Source of the DNA: Acidobacteriota bacterium
Lineage (GTDB): Bacteria > Acidobacteriota > UBA4820 > DSQY01
Assembly: GCA_049967655.1 (NCBI GenBank)
Contig: JBMFSH010000052.1
Coordinates: 1-14,296, forward strand
Length of the DNA stretch: 14,296 nucleotides
Direction of reading: 5' to 3'
Under the pieces are notes generated by a model. That model was not told the DNA's origin. It worked only from the letters and a program-made list of their open reading frames with translations, and searched no databases. Of the stretch, positions 6,313 through 14,296 are shown piece by piece; position 1 is the stretch's first letter, and the number at the start of each line of letters is the position of its first letter. The translations under genes and the position numbers were made by a program.

Positions 6313-8468
6313 ATGTCGGATCCCAGGATCGAAACCGCGAAGAAGCTGGCGGACGCGGGGAAGTTCCAGGAGGCCGCAGCCCTGTTGAAGTCCGTCGTGC
6401 AGGCCAACCCGCAGGATCAGGCGGCGCGGCAGGTGCTCATCGACCTCCAGGACCAGATGATGCTGGACATGCAGGTCCGCGAGAAGGTCAAGCGGGCCCA
6501 GGCCCTCTACGAGCAGGGCCAGTTCGAAGGGGCCTCCCGCCTGGTTCAGGAGATCCTCAAGGTGTCGCCGAACAACGCGGGGGCCCGATCCCTGGCCGCT
6601 GCCATGAAGGCCGGCCCCATCGGCCCGGCGCCCGTTGCACCGGCTTCGGCCCCGCCGGCCGGGATTTCCCAGATTCCTTCACCGAAACCTTCACCGCTGC
6701 CTCCCCAGCCCGGGGTGGCCCAGGCTCCGCCGGCCGTTCCCTTTCCGGAAAGCCTCTCCCCTTACGAAACCGTCAGCCTGGAGGCCCAGCCGATCTTCGA
6801 AACCCCGGCCGAAAAGACGGGCGGCGGACAGGAGCTTCCGGCCCTCGGCGCCGACTCTCTCGAACTGCTGGACGCCTCCCCACTCGCGGAGCGGACCACC
6901 ACCGGCGCGGCCCCGCGGCTTTCCCCCGCCGAGCAGGCCAAGGTCCAGGAGTACATCGCGGAGGGGCAGAAGGAATTCGATCAGGGGAACTACCAGGACG
7001 CCATCGACGCCTGGACGCGGATTTTCATTATGGACGAGGAGAACCAGGAGGCCCAGCGGCTCATCGACGAGGCCAAGGCAAAGCTCCAATCCCACGAGCA
7101 GGAGTCCGACTTCCTCCTCACCGAAGCCATCGCCTCCTTCAACGCCGGAGAGTTCGACCGTTCCAGGGAGCTCCTGACCCGGATTCTCCACGACTTCCCC
7201 GGCCACCGCGAAGCGCAGTACTACCTCGACCGCCTTCCGAAGCTCGCCGCACCGGCGGCGGCCCCGGTCGCGCCGCCGCAGGCCGTCCCGCCGCCCCAGC
7301 CGAAGCCGGCGCCGCCGACCTTCCAATCGGCTCCCGCCGAGTTCGAGCTCGAGGACGACCTGAACATTCCCACGGGGCCCGAGATGAGGGTCCAGCCAGA
7401 GACGCCGAAGCCACAGCCGACCTCCGGCGGATTCCAGCTCGACGACTCCTCGCCCGACGAATTCTCTTTCGCCGGGTTCCAGCTGGACACCCCTCCGGCG
7501 GCGCCAGCGGCGCAGGCTCCGGCGGCTCAAGTGCCCTCCGCTCCCGCTCCTCCTCCACCCCCCGAGCCCTTCCAGTTCGACGGCGGCTTCCCCCCAGTGC
7601 CCGGCCCGGCCGCGGCGGCCGCGCCGCCTGCCGCCGCCCCTTCCGCGCCTCCGCCCGCCGCCCCCGCGGCGGCCAAGCGCGCCTTCAAGGGGGCCTCCCG
7701 CCGCCCCAGCGCCGCCCTGCTCGCCGGCATCGCCGTGGTTCTCGTCCTGGCGGGCCTGGGCATCTTCCTGGGAACCCGGTATTTCCTGAGCGGGAGCGAT
7801 TCCAACCCTCCGGCCGAGATCCAGCACCTCCCCAAGCCCCAGCCGCCCCGTCTCCCCAAGCCCGAGGCGCCGGCCCAGGGAAGCTCGGAACCCTCCGCCT
7901 CCCCGGAGAACCAACCCACGCCCACCCTGCCCGGCCTCCTGAAGGGAGCCGCCGACGCCATGGCGGCCAAGGACTACGGGAAGGCCGCGGCCCTGTACCA
8001 GCAGGCCCTGGGGATGGATTCCTCCAATGCCGAGGCCCAGGCCGGACTCTCCTCGGCCAGGGACGCCTTCCAGCGCCAGCAGGTCGAGGATGCTAAAAAT
8101 CAGCAGTTCCTCAAGGAATACCAGGCCTCCATCCAGTCCCTCCAGGAGGGCGACTTCGCCGAGTGCCTGAGGATCGCCTGGCGCCTCATCTACCCCGACG
8201 ACACGCTGGCCCGGCAGCTCGGCAAGCGCGACGCGGTGGCCCAGCTCATCCGGGACGGCTATTACAACTGGGCGGTTTTCAACCTGAAGGCCTCCAACGT
8301 CCGGGGGGCCCGCCAGAACCTGAAGGACCTCCTGGACTTCGACAAGAACGACGCCGAGGCGAGAAAGCTCCTCGACTTCGTCAACCGCTACCAGAACTCC
8401 CCTCCCGACGACCGCTACCGGGACACCGTGAGCGGCCTCACCTACCGCACCTTCTCGGAGGCCCAGTG

Positions 8469-8469
<1 letters not shown>
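6313..8469 (+). CDS. Bitopic membrane protein with TPR-like modules and Pro/Ala-rich linkers (~718 aa), function unknown
   Basis: Start moved to ATG 6313 (GGAGG 7 nt upstream); the ORF-track start would overlap cdaA antisense. TPR-like helices: [96 protein letters not shown] and [24 protein letters not shown]. One [22 protein letters not shown] (~7714-7773), preceded by basic [10 protein letters not shown]. Confidence 0.85.
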
Positions 8470-10009
<1,540 letters not shown>

Positions 10010-10013
<4 letters not shown>

Positions 10014-11821
10014 CGAGGGACGGACGGAAGCTCCTCGTTTTTATCCTGCCGGTCCTGCTGGTCTGGGGATGCGCCCCCGCCAAGAAGCCGACGGGGGTGG
10101 CCCTGACTCCCGCCCCGGCGACCGCCAAGGCGCCCAGTCCGACCGACAGCCTCTTTTCCACGATGGAGCAGCTCAGCACCCGGGCGGAAAACCCGGACCT
10201 CACGGACGAGCAGGCCGCCCAGGTCGCGAGGGAGATGACCCAGGCGCTCACCCAGTACAATGCCCTCACGGCCGACCAGCAATCCGATCCCAAGCTCCAG
10301 GGGGCACTGGAGCGCATGTGCGACCTCTGCCTCCAGCTCCAGCTCGACGCCAACGCGGCTCCAGCGTCGCCCGAACAGGCCAACGGCTCGCCGACGGACG
10401 ACGACCTGCTTCACGTGACCACCTTCCTGCCTCCCGACGCCCTGAAGTCCACCTACCAAGAGGTCGAGGCTGCGCTCCAGCAGACGCACCTGGGCTTCGC
10501 CATTCCCACCGACAATCCCGCCGTCCTGACCTACGTCCAGCTCTTCCAGACCAAGCTGCACGACTGGTTCGAGCGGGCGCTCACCCGCGGCGGCCCTTAT
10601 ATCCCCAGGATGAAGGAGATCTTCAAGGACGAAGGGGTGCCGCCCTCACTGGTCTACCTAGCCATCGTCGAGTCCGCCTTCAACCCCGACGCCATCTCCA
10701 GGGCGAGAGCCGTGGGCATGTGGCAGTTCATCAAGGGAACCGCCATCCGCTACGACCTGAAGGTGGACTTCTGGGAGGACCAGCGGAGAGACCCTGAGGC
10801 GGCGGCGCGTGCGGCGGCCCGATACCTGAAGGACCTCTACGGGATGTTCAACGACTGGCAGATGGCGCTTGCCGCCTACAACTGCGGCGAGGCCAAGATT
10901 CAGTGCATCATGGAGAGGCGCCCCAATTCGACCTTTTGGACCCTGCGCGACTCCCGGTTCCTTCGCCGCGAAACGAGGGAGTACGTCCCCGCCATCCTCG
11001 CCGCCATCCTGCTGGCCAGCAACCCGAAGGCCTACGGTTTCACCCCGCCGGCGCCCGACCCTCCGCCGTCCACAGCGATGGTGACCGTGGACGAGGCCAC
11101 GGACCTTCGGGTGATCGCCAAGTGCGCCGAGGTGCCCATCGAGACGATCCAGGCCCTCAACCCCTCCTTGAATCGCCTGATGACGCCCCCCGGGCCCTTC
11201 GAACTGCGCATCCCGGCGAGCCACCTGGACGGCTTCATGGCGCGGCTCAAGGCCGTTCCCCAGGACGAGCGAATCGCCGTGGCCATGCACAAGGTCACGC
11301 GGGGCGATACCCTCCGTCGCATCGCGGCCCACTACAAGGTGAGCACGGAGGCGATCCGCCTGGCGAACCGAATGCCGACCTGGCGGGTCCACCCCGGCGA
11401 GACCCTGGTGATTCCGCTGGGCTCCGCCGCCAGCGACCCCGAGCTCTACGCCCAGAGCCGGTCTCGCGAATCCGCGGGCGCCAGGGTCTACCGCGTCCGC
11501 AGCGGGGACTCGCTCGCCTCCATTTCCAGGCGCACCGCCGTCCCCATCGACCGGCTCAGGGAGTTGAACAACCTGAGCTCGAACCTCTTGCACCCGGGCC
11601 AGCGCCTAGTGCTGGCCGAGGGAGAGCGGGTGCGCAGGGCCGGAGCCCCGGGCAGGAGCCGCGCCCTCGAATCCCGGGAGCGTGTGCATCACGTCCAGCA
11701 GGGCGATACGCTCTGGGACCTGGCGCGGCGTTACGGGACCAGCGTGGACCGCATATGCCGCGCCAACCGCATCAGCCCCAGCCACCGCCTCAAGCTCGGG
11801 GACTCGCTGCTGATCCCGTAG
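10010..11821 (+). CDS. mltD: MltD-like membrane-bound lytic murein transglycosylase lipoprotein with 3 LysM domains (~603 aa)
   Basis: ATG 10010 overlaps the pccB stop (ATGA). Signal peptide [21 protein letters not shown] (Cys21). SLT motifs [32 protein letters not shown] and ETREYVP. LysM domains start at [18 protein letters not shown] and HHVQQGDTL. Confidence 0.9.
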
Positions 11822-11823
11822 CC

Positions 11824-11847
11824 CCGGCCCGCCTGGCCGCGGGCTGG
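11824..11847. terminator. GC-rich hairpin between the convergent mltD and tpx genes; possible pause or terminator element
   Basis: CCGGCCCGC (11824-11832) pairs with GCGGGCTGG (11839-11847) with one G-U pair and a 6-nt loop. There is no U-tract on either strand, so it is not a canonical intrinsic terminator. Confidence 0.35.
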
Positions 11848-11851
11848 CGAG

Positions 11852-12355
11852 TCAGCCCTTCAAGGCCGCCAGCGCCTTGTCGTAATCGGGCTCCTTCGCG
11901 ATCTCCGGGACCTGCTCCGTGTAGAGGACCTTGTCGTGCTCGTCCAGCACCACGACGGCGCGGCTGAGGATGCCCGCGAGAGGACCATCCACGATCCTCA
12001 CGCCGTAGGCATCGCCGAAGGCTCGGTTCCTCACCTCGCTCAAGGCGACCACGTTCTTGATCCCCTCCACTTCGCAGAACCGCTTTTGCGCGAAGGGCAG
12101 ATCGCACGAGATCGTGAGGATCACCGCCCCCTGGACCTTGGAGGCCTCCTGGTTGAAGCGGCGCGCGGAAGCGGCGCAGACGCCCGTGTCCAGGCTGGGG
12201 ACGATGTTGAGGAGCTTCTTCTTGCCGGCGAAGTGTCCCAGGGAGACGTCCGACAGGTCGGCCTGGGTCAGCGTGAAGTCGGGCGCCTTGGCCCCTTTGG
12301 CGGGCAGGCTCCCGCTGGTGTGGATGGGGTTGCCTTGCAGCGTGATCGTAGCCAT
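11852..12355 (-). CDS. tpx: Thiol peroxidase (atypical 2-Cys peroxiredoxin)
   Basis: [16 protein letters not shown], peroxidatic motif PSLDTGVC, resolving-Cys motif [25 protein letters not shown] and EPDYD. RBS AAGGAG at 12363-12368. Confidence 0.97.
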   Translation of the reverse strand: MATITLQGNPIHTSGSLPAKGAKAPDFTLTQADLSDVSLGHFAGKKKLLNIVPSLDTGVCAASARRFNQEASKVQGAVILTISCDLPFAQKRFCEVEGIKNVVALSEVRNRAFGDAYGVRIVDGPLAGILSRAVVVLDEHDKVLYTEQVPEIAKEPDYDKALAALKG

Positions 12356-12541
12356 GATTGCTCTCCTTTCATCGTTAGGCTTTGCCAGACGAGTGTAACG
12401 CCAAAACCGGCCCGCTTCCTCCCCGAGGGGGAGATTTCAGCCTATGGTGCGAGGGAGGGAGGGGCCCGCGAAGAGGCTGGGATTAGGCCCGCCCCGGCTC
12501 GGACCCCGCCGAAAGGCGCTTCAGAAAGGCGCCCGGGATCT

Positions 12542-14005
12542 TCAGCCGATCCGAAGGCCGCTGATCACTCCGTTGAGGAGGTCGGGAAAGATGCCCAGAT
12601 AGAGCGTGGCCGCGCCTGTGAGCAAGAGGACCGCGAGGGTCCACGCCGGCACATCCGGCTTGGGAACGGGTTCGTCCCCGGGGGAGGGAAAATAGAGCGT
12701 GACCACGACCTTCAGGTAGTAGTAGGTGGCGATTACCGTACCCACTAGCCCGAGCGCCGCGATCCGGTAGTACCCCCCGTTGACCAGCACCCGGAAGATA
12801 TAGAACTTGCCGAGGAAGCCAGCGGTCAGGGGGATTCCGGCGAGGCTGAAGAGGAACACCGAGAAGACCGCCGCCAGCGCGGGAGCGCTGTTGCCCAGGC
12901 CGGCGTAGGAGGTGAGGCTCTCGTCCATGTTGCCTCCCTTCTCCACGGCGCCCGCCACGGCGAAGGCCCCCACGTTCATGAAGAGGTAGGCCGCCAGGTA
13001 GAACAGGAGGGCCTGGAGCATGGGCACCGCCAGCGCGGGAATGGCCAGGGCCCCGATCCCGAGAGCGATGAAGCCCGCGTGGACGATGGACGAGTAGGCC
13101 AGCAGGCGCTTCATGTGCCTCTGGGTGAGGGCGACCATGCTTCCCACGAAGATGGTCAATATCCCGACCGCCATCATCAGGGTCAGCCACTTCTGGGCCA
13201 GCTCGCCGTTGGCCGAGAAGACCGAGAGGAACACCCGGATGGCGGCGGCGGCGGCGGCCGTCTTCCCTCCCACGGCCATGAGCGCGCTCACGGGAGTGGG
13301 TGCCCCCTGGTAGACGTCCGGTGCCCAGAAATGGAAGGGGATGAGCGACAGCTTGAAGAACAGCCCCACCAGAAAGAGGAAGAACCCAAGCATGAGGATC
13401 GGCTCGCCCAAGGCGTACATCCTCAGGCCGAGCGCCGCCGCCAGGCCGCCGTAGTCCAGCGAGCGGGTGGAGCCGTAGAGCAAGGCCATGCCGAGCAGCA
13501 GAAAGGCCGAGGAGAACCCGCCCAGGAGGAAGTACTTGAGCGAGGCCTCGATGGAGTTCTCGTGGGTGCGGATGAAGGCGGCCAGGACGTAGAAGGAGAT
13601 GGACATGGTCTCCAGGCCGAGGTAGAAGGTGATCAGGTTCGTGGCCGAGGCGAGCACCATCATCCCCGTGGCGGAGAGGCAGAGGAGCCCCGCCAGTTCG
13701 GGGTGGTGGGCCTCCTTCTTCCGGAAGTAGTCCAGCGACAGGAGGCAGACCAGCATCGTCACGAGCACGAAGAGTCCATCGAAGAAGAGCGCCAGCTTGT
13801 CGCTGGAGAGGAGCGCCTGGGGCACGACCTTCCCGCCCTGCTGCCAGAGCACGAACACGGGCGCCCCTCCCAGCAGCAGGGCCGCCGCCGCGCCGAGGAG
13901 GTTCATGGTGCGGCCGTTCCGGATCACCGCCGCGAGAAGGAACAGCAGGCAGGCAGCAGCGCCCATACCCGCCACAGGAAGCACACCCATCCACACGTCG
14001 CCCAT
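12542..14005 (-). CDS. nuoN: NADH-quinone oxidoreductase subunit N
   Basis: Highly hydrophobic 487 aa. NuoN-type motifs GLETMSISFYVL, EASLKYFLLG, FKLSLIPFHFWAPDVYQGAP, KRLLAYSSIVHAG, SLAGIPLTAGFLGKF and YYYLKVV. G-rich RBS at 14011-14017. Confidence 0.93.
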   Translation of the reverse strand: MGDVWMGVLPVAGMGAAACLLFLLAAVIRNGRTMNLLGAAAALLLGGAPVFVLWQQGGKVVPQALLSSDKLALFFDGLFVLVTMLVCLLSLDYFRKKEAHHPELAGLLCLSATGMMVLASATNLITFYLGLETMSISFYVLAAFIRTHENSIEASLKYFLLGGFSSAFLLLGMALLYGSTRSLDYGGLAAALGLRMYALGEPILMLGFFLFLVGLFFKLSLIPFHFWAPDVYQGAPTPVSALMAVGGKTAAAAAAIRVFLSVFSANGELAQKWLTLMMAVGILTIFVGSMVALTQRHMKRLLAYSSIVHAGFIALGIGALAIPALAVPMLQALLFYLAAYLFMNVGAFAVAGAVEKGGNMDESLTSYAGLGNSAPALAAVFSVFLFSLAGIPLTAGFLGKFYIFRVLVNGGYYRIAALGLVGTVIATYYYLKVVVTLYFPSPGDEPVPKPDVPAWTLAVLLLTGAATLYLGIFPDLLNGVISGLRIG

Positions 14006-14020
14006 CAGGCTCCCCCTCGC

Positions 14021-14296
14021 TCAGATAAAGAAGTACAGGAGCACGAGAATGCCCAGAAGGATGAACAGGGCATAGTTACGGATGTAGCCGGTCTGGAAGA
14101 ATCTCAACAGCATGCCCAGGACTTCGTTGGCGTAGGCCACCACGTTCACCGTGCCGTCCACCAGCCACCGGTCGATGCCCCAGGCGATCCGGGACATCAT
14201 GACGAAGGGCCCAATCACAGCCCCGAAGTAGAGCTCGTCCACGAAGTACTTATTAAGCAGCAATTTGTACGGGAAGGCCAGGGCCCTGGCGAGGCG
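14021..14296 (-). CDS. nuoL: NADH-quinone oxidoreductase subunit L, C-terminal fragment (5' truncated by the window edge)
   Basis: The frame is open to the window edge: RLARALAFPYKLLLNKYFVDELY...IDRWLVDGTVN...LRFFQTGYIRNYALFILLGILVLLYFFI*. The NKY.VDELY, D..VDG.VN and QTG.IRNY motifs mark the NuoL transverse helix and final TM, which NuoM lacks. Confidence 0.87.
   Translation of the reverse strand, partial: RLARALAFPYKLLLNKYFVDELYFGAVIGPFVMMSRIAWGIDRWLVDGTVNVVAYANEVLGMLLRFFQTGYIRNYALFILLGILVLLYFFI

Noticed and set aside
14005..14023. nuoL TGA stop is in frame with the nuoN ATG (possible read-through or selenocysteine fusion)
   Set aside because: A one-in-three coincidence. NuoL ends at its normal C-terminus, nuoN has its own RBS, and I see no convincing SECIS-like hairpin.

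Overview
GC-rich bacterial chromosomal window, mostly housekeeping. PdxJ, an MltD-type lipoprotein and nuo genes suggest a diderm organism; the taxon cannot be fixed from sequence alone. Left arm (minus strand): cdaA (diadenylate cyclase) - cdaR/ybbR - glmM - pdxJ, then a ~200 bp spacer containing a 26-bp inverted repeat built from 8-mers, then a metal-dependent cyclase/kynurenine-formamidase-family gene coupled to an uncharacterised ~436 aa lipoprotein with a probable beta-propeller. Divergent from cdaA (plus strand): three genes with overlapping stop/start codons, encoding a ~718 aa bitopic TPR/Pro-rich protein, a PccB-type acyl-CoA carboxyltransferase and an MltD-like lytic transglycosylase lipoprotein with 3 LysM domains. 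Right end (minus strand): the C-terminus of nuoL directly followed by nuoN with no nuoM between them, then tpx. I see no transposase, integrase, rRNA, tRNA or CRISPR array, and I cannot honestly claim a new system. The best leads are the nuoL-nuoN junction, the palindromic repeat element, the TPR-pccB-mltD coupling and the orphan lipoprotein. Several ORF-track starts were corrected using RBS and overlap evidence; most remaining ORFs are antisense or alternative-frame shadows.
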